From assembly GCA_963674735.2 (NCBI GenBank), contig CAXXQS010000002.1, positions 192,001 to 256,000 of the forward strand: a stretch of 64,000 bases of DNA. Reading direction: 5' to 3'. Under the pieces are notes generated by a model. That model worked only from the letters and a program-made list of their open reading frames with translations, made no database searches and was not told the origin of the DNA. Origin of the DNA: Myxococcota bacterium. GTDB taxonomy: Bacteria > Myxococcota_A > SURF-8. The translations under genes and the position numbers were made by a program. Below are positions 1 through 10,210 of this stretch, one piece after another (within the stretch, counting starts at the first letter, position 1; the number at the start of each line of letters is the position of its first letter).

Positions 1-870
1 ATCGCCACCCTCCGGGAGGCCGCCGCCCCCGAGGACAGCTATCTGTTCGAGCTGTTCCCATTGTTCTTGTGTCCCGGCACGCAGGCCTATGCGGACGATC
101 AACCGGAAGCCGTCTGCGCGTTCAAGCACAACCCCCATCCCGACGTCCTGTTCCCGGCCATCCCCGCCACCCCCATCGCCGACGACCGGGACGAAGACGG
201 CTGGCCCGACGACAGCGACAACTGCCCGGACATCAACAACGCCGACCAGCTCGATCGCAACGAAAACGGCGTCGGGGACGCCTGCGAAGCCATCCCGTTA
301 TCTTCCGAGGACTGCCCGCGCACGGCCGACGATGGGTGCCAGGTGGCGGGCGAGGAACGCAAACCCCGGCTGGCGTCCATGCCTCCCTTTGAAGAAGCGC
401 CCACCCGACAAATTTTCGAACTTAAAACGCCGGGGTTGTGGACCCGGCTTTCCAATGGTGAAAAAGCCATGTTGTCGGCGGTTACGGTTACCGCCGCTGT
501 CGAAGACGGCTTTTTCGTTCAGGAATCGGATTCCAAACGCTATGCCGGGCTGTTCGTCGCCGTCGACAAGCGGCCTTCTTTGATCGTACCGGGGCGCATC
601 CTGGATCTTAGCGGAACCGTGCGCGTCAAAGGGGAACGCATCTGGTTGGAACTCGACAGCTATAACTTGGCCGACCTGTGCGACCTCACCCGTCCCGATC
701 CGCCCCAAACCGTCAACCTGGGAGCGGCGGAGTTTGCCACGGATTCCAACTGGTTCGCTTATGACGGCATGCGAGTCGTCATCACCGATCCCACATGGGC
801 CGTTCGGCTTGGCGGAAACAAGGGCATACTGGATGGACACGGAAAACAGCGCCGTATCGTGGCGGAGTAA
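1..870 (+). CDS. Partial (5' end outside window) secreted protein with a thrombospondin type-3 Ca-binding repeat and an OB-fold-like domain
   Basis: Frame is open from base 1; DRDEDGWPDDSDNCPDINNADQLDRNENGVGDAC is a TSP3 repeat; 'VTVTAA..GFFVQE...YAGLFV' resembles extracellular OB-fold domains. Confidence 0.7.
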   Translation: MATLREAAAPEDSYLFELFPLFLCPGTQAYADDQPEAVCAFKHNPHPDVLFPAIPATPIADDRDEDGWPDDSDNCPDINNADQLDRNENGVGDACEAIPLSSEDCPRTADDGCQVAGEERKPRLASMPPFEEAPTRQIFELKTPGLWTRLSNGEKAMLSAVTVTAAVEDGFFVQESDSKRYAGLFVAVDKRPSLIVPGRILDLSGTVRVKGERIWLELDSYNLADLCDLTRPDPPQTVNLGAAEFATDSNWFAYDGMRVVITDPTWAVRLGGNKGILDGHGKQRRIVAE

Positions 871-923
871 TTTTCGGCTTTAAATGACGATAGACAATCG
901 ATGAAGGAGCGGGAAGCAGCGTC

Positions 924-1946
924 CTACCACTTGTAGAAGCCGCCGAACAACACCCCGATCTTGTCGTAGGCGGTGAAGAGCTTCATGTAAGACGCCTCAC
1001 CGAACAGGCCCCAGTCTTTACCGACCCAGTGCCGATGGCCGACGGCCACTTCGATGAAGTTCAAGCGCACCGTATCGCGCGTAACCACATAGGTGGCCAC
1101 ATAGCCCTGCTGCCCGCCCGACAGATTGACATAGGTGCTATGCCCGCCATTCCACTCGTAACCCACACTCACCAGATGACTGTGCGCCAGAATCGCGCCG
1201 GGCCAGCCGATATTGAGGAAGGCACGGTAGAGCACATACCACTGCTCGATATACAGCGCCAGGCCCAAGGAGGGCGTCAGGTCGCGGTGTTCGTTGAGAT
1301 AATGGTGATAGGTGATGCCGGCCGTCAAAACCAAGCCGACCGGACGATCGATCAAAACGAAGTTGAAGTCGTGATCGAAGCGGAAAAGCGGCGTGAAGTA
1401 GTTCGGCGGAATACCGAAGGAAATGGCGGAAAGCGTATTCAGCCAGCGCAACCAGTCGACCGAGACGCCTGCCCCAACCCAGCCTCCGACATCCGACTCG
1501 CGTACACCCAGACCCAAACTCACGAAATATTCGAGTTTGCGGATGGGGCGATGGAAGAAGGTGACATAGACGCTTTCCCAGGACCCGTAATCGCCATAAG
1601 GAATCAGGTGCTCGTAAGAAGCGGCCGCCTCGATGCGAAATTCATCCTTCCAGGGCGGAGTCGCCGCCTTTACCGCCGCTTCTTCCAAATCGGTCAATTT
1701 AAAATCTTCCGCCAGCAGGCGCAAACCGGCCGTATCGAGATGGATCGGATCGCTGGCCGATTCACCCTCGAAAACTTCCGTATCCTCAACCGGTGGCGGA
1801 TCGTCCACCGGGGCCGGATTCGCGGCCGCATCGGGCGCAACCAGAGCCGGGCCATCGGCGCCCGAGCCGCTCTGCGCCCAGACGACACCCCCGCCGAGCC
1901 AAAGTGCCGTTACCATCAAAACGGTCATGACGACGCGTCCGCTCAT
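924..1946 (-). CDS. YaiO-like outer-membrane beta-barrel, putative polysaccharide export porin
   Basis: Signal peptide, amphipathic aromatic-rich strands, C-terminal ...GGFYKW; ATGA overlap with the upstream gene; last gene of a GT2 operon. Confidence 0.7.
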   Translation of the reverse strand: MSGRVVMTVLMVTALWLGGGVVWAQSGSGADGPALVAPDAAANPAPVDDPPPVEDTEVFEGESASDPIHLDTAGLRLLAEDFKLTDLEEAAVKAATPPWKDEFRIEAAASYEHLIPYGDYGSWESVYVTFFHRPIRKLEYFVSLGLGVRESDVGGWVGAGVSVDWLRWLNTLSAISFGIPPNYFTPLFRFDHDFNFVLIDRPVGLVLTAGITYHHYLNEHRDLTPSLGLALYIEQWYVLYRAFLNIGWPGAILAHSHLVSVGYEWNGGHSTYVNLSGGQQGYVATYVVTRDTVRLNFIEVAVGHRHWVGKDWGLFGEASYMKLFTAYDKIGVLFGGFYKW

Positions 1947-2920
1947 GGGTTCGCCCCTTCCCCGCGCACCGCATCGCGCACCTGATCGTTCGTAGTCGGA
2001 TCGGAGCGAAGCAAGCCCAATCCCTCAATACGCCGTTTGGCCAGCCGATACGTGATCTGCTGCTCAACCTCGGCCGTTTGCATGTTCGATGCATACTGTT
2101 TTTCGAAACGCGTCCATAAATACGCCACCAAGTCCAAGTTCTGGTCGGCCAAGCCGTAGGCGATGACCATCAGTTGCGCGTAGGCATCCGGATAGAAGGT
2201 ATCCCAGCTCGATCGCTGGCGGAATTCGGGATCGACGGCCCAATCGAACAGACGCGCCTCGGGGTTGTACAACTCGTTCCAGATTCCGTTGCGAATATCC
2301 CGCGCCACCCGCTCGTAATACGCCGCCTCACGGGTCAGGCCGCGCGCCTGCGCCAGGCGTGCAAAGGCGTTGAGACCGCCATAAGACTCGCAGTTGTCCA
2401 TCAGATACTTCACGTGGTAATCCGGTCGCGCCCAGGTCAGGCCGTCGCTTTCCTGCAGATAGGCGATCGTATACGCCACATCGGCCAGTTTGTCCCAGTT
2501 TCGGGCAATCAGATCGCGGTCGCCGCTCAACGCCAGATAGTCGGCCACCACCATCAGGAAAGTCGCCGAATAGCTATCCACCGAATCATAGGTGTTCAAC
2601 GGCGTATGGCTGCCGTCGGCCTCGATACGAAAATCATAGATGGTCCCGGTCATTTCGTTATGATCGGGATAATTCAGATGCGCCAAGGTCCACAGGATAT
2701 ACTCCCGCACACCTTCCACCTCACCGCTGCGACGCATGGCATCCAAGACCCGCAGGTTGGCATTATACGGCAACACCACCGTCGGTTGTCCGACCACGAT
2801 GGACTCGTAAGGTTCCACGATGCGCAGAACCGGATGTTGCCAGCATCCTGTCATCATCATCACTCCGAGTAAAATCCAGATCCCGCGGTTATCGGGAGTT
2901 GAGCACCATGGTGGCTTCAT
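1943..2920 (-). CDS. Putative (alpha/alpha)6 glycosidase-like protein, possibly a lipoprotein
   Basis: Acidic motifs YDSVDSYSATFL and KYLMDNCESYGGL, helical character, hydrophobic stretch ending MMTGC; start codon uncertain. Confidence 0.5.
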   Translation of the reverse strand: MKPPWCSTPDNRGIWILLGVMMMTGCWQHPVLRIVEPYESIVVGQPTVVLPYNANLRVLDAMRRSGEVEGVREYILWTLAHLNYPDHNEMTGTIYDFRIEADGSHTPLNTYDSVDSYSATFLMVVADYLALSGDRDLIARNWDKLADVAYTIAYLQESDGLTWARPDYHVKYLMDNCESYGGLNAFARLAQARGLTREAAYYERVARDIRNGIWNELYNPEARLFDWAVDPEFRQRSSWDTFYPDAYAQLMVIAYGLADQNLDLVAYLWTRFEKQYASNMQTAEVEQQITYRLAKRRIEGLGLLRSDPTTNDQVRDAVRGEGANP

Positions 2921-4730
2921 TCAGACCGCTCTTGAACGTTACGTAATAATAGTCGCCTTCTTCGCGGATCGTCGCCAACGACGATTCGGGTTTCTCAAAC
3001 GATTCTCGCGGGATGGCCGCCGTGATGCCGTCCAGTCCCTGCTCGTTCGCCGCACGCAGTTCGAGCCCGTCCGGGTGAACGTTGAACGAATAATGCGTTT
3101 TCAACATCCGATTCAGGAATTGCGCAAAGACATGCATCGGACGCACCTGCAACCGGTTGTCCTTCTGCAGGGTTTCCGCCGCATCGAGAAAATGTTCCAA
3201 CCCGGCATAGTACATCGGAAAATCGTAAAGATCGTACAGATGCGAGTAAACCAGCCGCACGGTATGGTTTTTGGCGGCGTAATTCGCCGTCCCGACCAGC
3301 CAGTCGGTGAACAACTCGTTGCTCACCCCGTTCTGATACATTTCATGGATGCTGGCCACATTCTTCATCGGCATTACCGGGAAAGCGATGGTGCTCTCAC
3401 TCACCCGTTTGCCATCGAAGAACGTCCGATTCGGGGCCGAGCCGGAATCGCCCGTGTAATAATAGGCCACCACCCCGAGCTTCTCCAACACACGCGTCAA
3501 GATCGGCTGCGGGTGTACCCCATCGGGAGCGGAATATTCGATCACAGGATAGCCGGAACTCTCACTCAAACAACGGCTGTTGCGGGTAATGTATTTTTCC
3601 ATTTCCGCTGCGTGGAATTTGCCTTTGAGGACATTCGCGGCAAACCAGTTATGGCCCCAGCCGCCATGCGAACCGATGTGCCCGTAAGCCGCCGCCATTT
3701 TCACCTGTTCGCGGCCTTTGCCGCAGGCGTCGAAGCCCATGCCGTCCCCTGGATAATCGACAAAGTCGCCCGCCGTAATATGGAACGACGCGGGCATGGA
3801 CGGACGGAAGTAGTTGCGTCGGATGAAATCGGGGATATTGAACCATTCCGAGTTGTCGTCGATGTGCCAGTTGATCACCAGACCGCCGATTCCGTTTGGA
3901 ACACTCATCAGATGCGGCATTTTAGCGACTTTAAACAGATAGGCACGCAGAATGCTGCGCATCATCAGGTCGTCGGAACCGTAGGCTTTCAGCTGGCCCA
4001 AGGGAAGATTGACGTACAGAATCGACCCGCTTTTCATCCTCCGCAGCACCAAGGCGGGAAAATGCTCGTCGTCGCCGATTTCCGCCGTCGCCCATATCTC
4101 GGACGGGCTGACCGTTCCCCAGGTCGCGACGCGCGCCACCGGATACTTGAGTTTCTGGTAGGCGTAGCCGCACATATACAAGCCCGACCACAGTTTCCCA
4201 TCGGGAATCTCGAAAAACTCCGCGGCTTCGCTGTCACGAAAACGCAGGTAAGCGGTATCGTAGGCTTTATCGCGCAGTTCGGAATAACGACTATACGCGA
4301 TACCGGTCAGGCGATCGAGAACCGCTTCTTTCAAGTAGTAACCCGAAAGATCTTTCGTGCCGGGATCGAACACCGCCATCGCGTGTCCGCCATTTTCCAC
4401 ATACTCCCGCACCCAATAAATGATGTCCTCAGGCAGCTTCTGAGCCACGCCATCGGGGAAAATCACCACCGGGTGCAAATCCACCGCCGCACTGGCGCTG
4501 TGAGCCAACAGCGAGGAAGGCGTGACGCGTTCAAACGGAACGCCCTCTTCCTCCAGCACACTCTCATAGGCGGGAAAGACATACGGATATTTTTTAATCT
4601 GGGACGGATGATAGACCATCAAAACCGAAAGTTTGTGCTTCTGCACCGGATTGGGGTCCTGGTGACGCGCATAAACCCAGGCCATGCTCGCCAAAAGTCC
4701 GCAGACAACGATGTAGAACACCCACTTCAC
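2889..4730 (-). CDS. Polysaccharide deacetylase (NodB/CE4-like) family protein
   Basis: NWHIDD, IGSHGGWGHN, YSAPDG and LVYSH motifs; N-terminal TM/signal; GTGA overlap with the upstream stop. Confidence 0.75.
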   Translation of the reverse strand: MKWVFYIVVCGLLASMAWVYARHQDPNPVQKHKLSVLMVYHPSQIKKYPYVFPAYESVLEEEGVPFERVTPSSLLAHSASAAVDLHPVVIFPDGVAQKLPEDIIYWVREYVENGGHAMAVFDPGTKDLSGYYLKEAVLDRLTGIAYSRYSELRDKAYDTAYLRFRDSEAAEFFEIPDGKLWSGLYMCGYAYQKLKYPVARVATWGTVSPSEIWATAEIGDDEHFPALVLRRMKSGSILYVNLPLGQLKAYGSDDLMMRSILRAYLFKVAKMPHLMSVPNGIGGLVINWHIDDNSEWFNIPDFIRRNYFRPSMPASFHITAGDFVDYPGDGMGFDACGKGREQVKMAAAYGHIGSHGGWGHNWFAANVLKGKFHAAEMEKYITRNSRCLSESSGYPVIEYSAPDGVHPQPILTRVLEKLGVVAYYYTGDSGSAPNRTFFDGKRVSESTIAFPVMPMKNVASIHEMYQNGVSNELFTDWLVGTANYAAKNHTVRLVYSHLYDLYDFPMYYAGLEHFLDAAETLQKDNRLQVRPMHVFAQFLNRMLKTHYSFNVHPDGLELRAANEQGLDGITAAIPRESFEKPESSLATIREEGDYYYVTFKSGLNEATMVLNSR

Positions 4731-6262
4731 GCCACCACTCCGTCTCCGTCGGTGGACACCAGTCCGTAGAAGGTGCCTTCCCCGGCGATATTAATGCCTT
4801 TTTTCGCGATCACCGATTTCACCGAGCCCGGCCGTCCGACCTTGATGGCTCGGCTGAAGGCAATCTTACCTTGCGCAAAGACGTTTTCGTTAATGTCGCA
4901 GCCATAGGCCACTTCGATATTCTCTTCGCTGAAAATACCTCCGGTAACGAGAATTTTCGGATGCAGCTGCAATTCAGTCCCGGCTTTCAAGCTGCCATAA
5001 ATGCGGCTCTCTTCCCCGATCTCCAGTTCACCTTTGGCGATCATCGAGCGGGGAGCCTCTTGCGCACCCAGGACAAAATCTTCCGCCACGTAAATGGACA
5101 TCTTCGACAGCACCCGGCCCCGGATTACACAGCCGCGCTTGATGATGATGTCTTTCTCGGCCATGACATCGCCTTCGATGATGACGTTTTCGTTTAACGT
5201 CAGTTTGCCGCGGGTCCGAACATTGCCTTCGATATGGCTGTCTTCGCCGATCACCAGATCGCGTTTGGAATCGATATCTTTTTTACGACGGGTTTTGGAT
5301 GGAACCAGCACGCGCCGGGGCATCCAGAGTTGGCCGTTTTTGCGCTTTTTCTTCTGCTTCTTTTGATACAGGCTTTCCGGGCGCTCGTTCTCGTTCATGA
5401 CCAGGGCGTTATCCGCTCCTTCGCCGATATGTATCTGCTTGCCGTAAAGGCTACGGAAGAAGGTGTTGCGACCGATGAAAATATCTTCATCGCAGGCCGT
5501 GCGCACACCCAACACGCAGTTGTCGCTCACTCGGATGGTTCCCGGGCTTCCGACCCAGCGGGTGACCACCGTCCCCTCGCCCAGATCGACATCCCCGTCA
5601 CACACCAGGGCCCTCAACGAATTGAGCTTTCCGATCTGCGCTCGGCCACTGACATAAATTTCCTTATCGAAGCGGGCGGAAGCTTCCGTACTGAGATCGC
5701 CGGTCACAAACAGGATATGATCCAAGGCTTCACCATTGCCTTGATTTCCCGTACTCTTGATTACCTCGACCCGATCCTGTTTAGATAGGCTCACCATCTG
5801 CATACCCGGGTCTTCGTTGCTCATGGCCCCTTTGATCATGTGGCGGAAAGCTTTGTCGAAGTATCGCGGGTCTTTGGCGTATTCCATATTGATGTTGAGC
5901 GGTTTATCGTCTTTGGGTCTGTAGATCTCCCGCAAGCTTGGAACCACGGGCAAAAACAAGACCAGAACGGCCAGAAACTGAATCAGGAGCAACCAGTTGT
6001 GACGCTCGGCAGAGATGACGATCGAACGGCTGAACTCCATCAGTTCATCGTCTTCGCGGGCCAGAATGGTTTCGGGAACGGTGACCGGTTCGATGGCGGC
6101 TGGCATACGTTCCCAGCCTTCCACCATACGCTCCACCGGCGTCTCCAACGTCGCCATTTCTTCGGCGGGGGTGGGTGTCTGAGCCGACACCGACCACAGC
6201 AGCCCGGCAAGGCTAATCGCCAAAGCTGCAATCAAACAAACTCGCAACCGCCGCTTCAACAT
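4727..6262 (-). CDS. Membrane-anchored protein with a long beta-helix (bactofilin/FapA-like) repeat region
   Basis: Start reassigned to ATG 6262 (TAATG overlap with the GT2 stop); two hydrophobic segments followed by repeated 'L.IGE.S.I.G.V...G.L.L' units. Confidence 0.65.
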   Translation of the reverse strand: MLKRRLRVCLIAALAISLAGLLWSVSAQTPTPAEEMATLETPVERMVEGWERMPAAIEPVTVPETILAREDDELMEFSRSIVISAERHNWLLLIQFLAVLVLFLPVVPSLREIYRPKDDKPLNINMEYAKDPRYFDKAFRHMIKGAMSNEDPGMQMVSLSKQDRVEVIKSTGNQGNGEALDHILFVTGDLSTEASARFDKEIYVSGRAQIGKLNSLRALVCDGDVDLGEGTVVTRWVGSPGTIRVSDNCVLGVRTACDEDIFIGRNTFFRSLYGKQIHIGEGADNALVMNENERPESLYQKKQKKKRKNGQLWMPRRVLVPSKTRRKKDIDSKRDLVIGEDSHIEGNVRTRGKLTLNENVIIEGDVMAEKDIIIKRGCVIRGRVLSKMSIYVAEDFVLGAQEAPRSMIAKGELEIGEESRIYGSLKAGTELQLHPKILVTGGIFSEENIEVAYGCDINENVFAQGKIAFSRAIKVGRPGSVKSVIAKKGINIAGEGTFYGLVSTDGDGVVA

Positions 6263-7533
6263 TAGACCGACGCCTCCCGATCCCGGAAGCGCGGAGTCTT
6301 GGCCCAGGAACTGCCACGTTTGAAAACCAGATCCAAGGTGCCGGCGACGAAGCCGTTCGCCACATACCACAGGTTGAAGAAAAAGTTGAAGATCAAAAAC
6401 GGCACCAGCAGAATGCGCTCCACCGCGCCATCCAGGAAAGCCCCGCTGGCGATTTGGTAAAATGGCGCGAAATTGCCATAAGAGTTGTAGGCCGCCACAT
6501 ACACAAACACCAGGATGGAATCGATGATGTTCATCTCACCCAGGAAGAACAACGCCAGGGAATCGAGAATCCCGAGTAGAAGCACGATGGGAACCATATA
6601 AATGGTTAAAAGCAGCAGACCATCCACCTTCTCCCAGCGGGACAACAGACGCGAACGGAGCAAGGGCAGGAAGTAGCGATACATCACCTGCGTATGCCCA
6701 TGGGCCCAGCGTTGCACCTGGCGGGCGCGCACCGGCCATTCTTCCGGCACCTCTTCATAGCATTCGGCTCGGTTGGCGTAGACCACCTTGTAGCCGTTCA
6801 AAAACAGTTTGTATGTCAGCTCGGTATCTTCGGTCAGGATATTCGGATCGAACCCACCCATGTCGATGGCCAACTGCCGCCGAAAGCCCCCGACCGTTCC
6901 GCCGTATTGGGGTACCAGTTTCATGTTGTGGCGCGCTTGCTGATCGATCTGGTAGCCGCCGGTGCGCTCCAAGTCGAGCAGGCGGGTAAGAAAATTATGA
7001 TTGGCATTCTCCGGAACCACCCGTCCCATCACCGCCCCGACTTCCGGATCTTTGAACGAAACGGCCATGTCGCGCAGGATGCCTCTGGGCGGCAGATAAT
7101 CCGCATCGAAAACCAGCACCACCTCGCCGGTGGCCTTGGCCATCCCGTCGTTGAGCGCGGCGGGCTTGCCGCGTTTTCCTTCTTTGCGATGCAAAGGCAA
7201 AACGCGCGACGGATATTTCTCCGCATACTCGTTGAGAATCTCCTCGGTTTTGTCATCCGAGTGATCGTTGATGGGAATGATTTCGAGCCTGTCCTGTGGG
7301 TATTCGACCTTCAGCAATCGTTCGAGAACGTGGCGCGCCACCTTCTCCTCATTATGCATGGGGATCAGTACAGCCAAGGTGGGCAGATCGTCGTCGAGAA
7401 TATCCTGATAAAAAATGCGCTGCTCGCCACGCACCCGGCTGAGGGTGAAGCGCATGTGCCGAAGGGTGTAGCCGCTCATGATGAGCACCACCAGCACAAT
7501 GTAGATTTTAAGAATCAGTACGACCACTTCCAT
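6262..7533 (-). CDS. Processive family-2 glycosyltransferase (cellulose/PNAG-synthase-like)
   Basis: PMHNE, NDHSDD, GKPAALN, FDAD, TED and QVQRW motifs plus flanking TM helices; no PilZ domain evident. Confidence 0.9.
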   Translation of the reverse strand: MEVVVLILKIYIVLVVLIMSGYTLRHMRFTLSRVRGEQRIFYQDILDDDLPTLAVLIPMHNEEKVARHVLERLLKVEYPQDRLEIIPINDHSDDKTEEILNEYAEKYPSRVLPLHRKEGKRGKPAALNDGMAKATGEVVLVFDADYLPPRGILRDMAVSFKDPEVGAVMGRVVPENANHNFLTRLLDLERTGGYQIDQQARHNMKLVPQYGGTVGGFRRQLAIDMGGFDPNILTEDTELTYKLFLNGYKVVYANRAECYEEVPEEWPVRARQVQRWAHGHTQVMYRYFLPLLRSRLLSRWEKVDGLLLLTIYMVPIVLLLGILDSLALFFLGEMNIIDSILVFVYVAAYNSYGNFAPFYQIASGAFLDGAVERILLVPFLIFNFFFNLWYVANGFVAGTLDLVFKRGSSWAKTPRFRDREASV

Positions 7534-8336
7534 TGGCGTATATCCTTTCTGATCTCAGCCGATATGTTGCGCATAAACAAGGAGTAGGTGACCACGGCAT
7601 AAAGAAAGTCCACCAGTGGACCAAAGGCAAAAAACATCAGCGCCATGAAGAGGAACGAATAGTGGTGCAGCACGTATAGGAAGACGAAATAGCGCACGAT
7701 GCCGAGAACGACGTCCAGCAGAACAATCGAGATAATAACCCCGAATTTCGCGCCCAATCGCGATGGAATAGGCAAAAGAGCGGCCGCCAGCAAAAGCGGA
7801 ATGATAAACCACATGCTGACTTCGGTTTTCATGTAAAGTTCCGAAAAGATACGGATGGAATACGGGAACTGGTTCGGCACGAAAAAGAAGAATGTCGCCG
7901 ACACGAAGTTGACGAAAGCCAGATAGCCGACCCACAGCCCCACCGCTTTGGGTACGATTTTGATGTTGGGAATGATAACCAGGATTAAAAATGAAATGAG
8001 CGCCGTGATGAACGAAAACGTCATCGTCGGATAAGAACCCGGAATCGACATGAAGTAGACGGTATTGGCGAGATAATCGTCGCGGATCAGGTGGATGAAC
8101 TCTTCCGGGATCGACGGCGTGAGCAAATGAATCGCGTTATAGCAGTTCAGATAAGTTAAATAGGGAAAGAGGAAATACATGACGGCCATCAGCGGCACAG
8201 ACAAAATCAGCAATTCGATGAAAGAACCGCGACGTCCGACATCCACAAGTTTCCGGTAGGCCCGATGCGGGTGGATAACCTGTTTGGAAATATCCACTAC
8301 TTCCGGTTTTTTCTTTTTGTTGCCCAAAGACAGCAT
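7515..8336 (-). CDS. Polytopic membrane protein, first gene of the glycosyltransferase operon
   Basis: About 6-7 hydrophobic helices; overlaps the GT2 start by 19 nt; start taken as ATG 8336 (MLSLGNKKKK). Confidence 0.7.
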   Translation of the reverse strand: MLSLGNKKKKPEVVDISKQVIHPHRAYRKLVDVGRRGSFIELLILSVPLMAVMYFLFPYLTYLNCYNAIHLLTPSIPEEFIHLIRDDYLANTVYFMSIPGSYPTMTFSFITALISFLILVIIPNIKIVPKAVGLWVGYLAFVNFVSATFFFFVPNQFPYSIRIFSELYMKTEVSMWFIIPLLLAAALLPIPSRLGAKFGVIISIVLLDVVLGIVRYFVFLYVLHHYSFLFMALMFFAFGPLVDFLYAVVTYSLFMRNISAEIRKDIRQWKWSY

Positions 8337-8583
8337 AACGATCGTCGCAGTCCTTCTTGCCGACGAACCTTCCGGTCCATGGCAATCGAGTCCGATCAAA
8401 GTCGTTCACGATTTGTTACAAACTAACTCGACCAAAAAAGATCTTTCACCCATTTTCCAAATGGTCGACTACCCCGATTTGGATGTACCTTTGCTTTCGT
8501 TGAGTATTATATAAAAAAAAGAAAAAATCAAAGCTTTTTTAAAATACTTAATTTTAATTAACTGAAGTTTTACTTAGTTCATA

Positions 8584-10080
8584 TTAATTAATTCCCACCG
8601 ATTCTGCCGGATTTTCCAAACGCACCGACCGATACACGCCCCAACCCTCGGGCAGAACCGCCTCCCACACGACCTCTTTGGCGGCGTCGTGTGTCACTTC
8701 CACCAAGTAGGAAGGCTGATATTCGCGTCCGAACGTCACCAGTATATCCCCGTTAGACAGTTTATCCACATCCCCCCAGACATCGCAGTAAAGATCGGGA
8801 TCGTGGCGATATTCCCACACGACCTGGCTGGTCATGGTCTGGTCGTCGAACTCGATTTCCACCACCCGCGTGTATGCGCGCTTGTAGGGTTCGATGCGAT
8901 TGCCGTTGTCATACACCAGCACCCGGTTGTCGGCGGAAAACTCCGGGGCATGCTGGCGCGTAAACCATTCCCCGGACGTCAGGTTGAAATCGCCGTTGCG
9001 CCCGATCTGCCATTCCAGGAGTTCGGTGTCCATATCGATCTTGAACAAACTGTGTTGATCGCGTGAGGAAATCAAAAGCGCGTTTTCATTCGGGAAAGGC
9101 ACGATGGCGTTCAGATGCGCCCAGTCGTCGACAATCTCCGGGGGGGTGTACTGGTCACATAAGATCCACGACCAGGTAACGGCCTGCTGCTCCATATCCC
9201 AGATGTGCAGGGAACCGGACCAGTAATAATCGGCGGCGTCCCAGGCCGCCCCCGTGCATCCCTCGCGACCGCTGAGGAACATCAGCTTGCCCGGTTCCAC
9301 CAGCGAGATGTCGTGATGCATGATAAAGCTATCGCTCCAGACCAGTTGCCCCGACCAATCGACGATCCGCGCATCGATCCCCGACCAGGTGCCGCCGACC
9401 AGCACGCCCTGCGGCACGACACGTACATCGTTGTCCGATCCCGGACGTTCGGACTGGATTTTATGGTACCAGCGAAAACGGCCCATCTCGTCGATCATGG
9501 CCACGATCACCGGCTGTTCCTCGGTGGAATCGACCAAATTGAACAGCGTAAAGCCCGGCTGCATGCGGTTGGCTTTTCTGACGTTGATCGTAACCTCGGG
9601 GAAGAAGCTCGGAAGAGGGCTGACGGTGTACGCATGATCCTCGTAATACCAGCGGTCTTCATTATCGGCCGCCCCGATGGTGAAGGTGCAGTCGGCATCG
9701 CCGATGAGGCTCATCACGAAGACGGCATGCGTTTGACTGCGGGTCTCGTTTCGATATTGCAGAAAGACGTCCGAGCCGCAGCGCACATCCAGATATGTCG
9801 GCGAGGCCGGTTCGGAGTTCCACTCGACAAAGGCCGAAAGCATATTGGCGGGATTTTCCACCAGGCTGACGCCGGAAATCGTGACCTCAGCATCGGGGTT
9901 GCTTTCCAACTCGTAATCGCCGTCGCTCCCGGCCGAATCGCCATCGGCGCCATCACCGTCGGGGTTATCCCCATCGACCGAATCGCCGTCATCCGACGAT
10001 TCACAGGCCCCCATCCCCAGACTAATCGCCAGTACGATCAATAAAGCTGCAAGCTTCCACACGCCCACGCCATTGAGCAT
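8584..10080 (-). CDS. Aryl-sulfate sulfotransferase (ASST) family lipoprotein
   Basis: Lipobox MGAC; HHD, WAHLNAI, LLISSR, QHAP and YDNG motifs of the ASST propeller; DGD linker after the Cys. Confidence 0.8.
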   Translation of the reverse strand: MLNGVGVWKLAALLIVLAISLGMGACESSDDGDSVDGDNPDGDGADGDSAGSDGDYELESNPDAEVTISGVSLVENPANMLSAFVEWNSEPASPTYLDVRCGSDVFLQYRNETRSQTHAVFVMSLIGDADCTFTIGAADNEDRWYYEDHAYTVSPLPSFFPEVTINVRKANRMQPGFTLFNLVDSTEEQPVIVAMIDEMGRFRWYHKIQSERPGSDNDVRVVPQGVLVGGTWSGIDARIVDWSGQLVWSDSFIMHHDISLVEPGKLMFLSGREGCTGAAWDAADYYWSGSLHIWDMEQQAVTWSWILCDQYTPPEIVDDWAHLNAIVPFPNENALLISSRDQHSLFKIDMDTELLEWQIGRNGDFNLTSGEWFTRQHAPEFSADNRVLVYDNGNRIEPYKRAYTRVVEIEFDDQTMTSQVVWEYRHDPDLYCDVWGDVDKLSNGDILVTFGREYQPSYLVEVTHDAAKEVVWEAVLPEGWGVYRSVRLENPAESVGIN

Positions 10081-10210
10081 AGTATCACCCGTTCAGAGAT
10101 AGTCGTATCAATTCCCTATCTGAATTATAGCGATATACAGGCAAATATCAACTATTGTCAACGTTTTATTGAAGCTAATTTGTAATACGATCAATTGACT
10201 TGCACCTTTT

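Noticed and set aside
2820-4769. 649-aa plus-strand ORF
   Set aside because: Antisense shadow of the deacetylase gene
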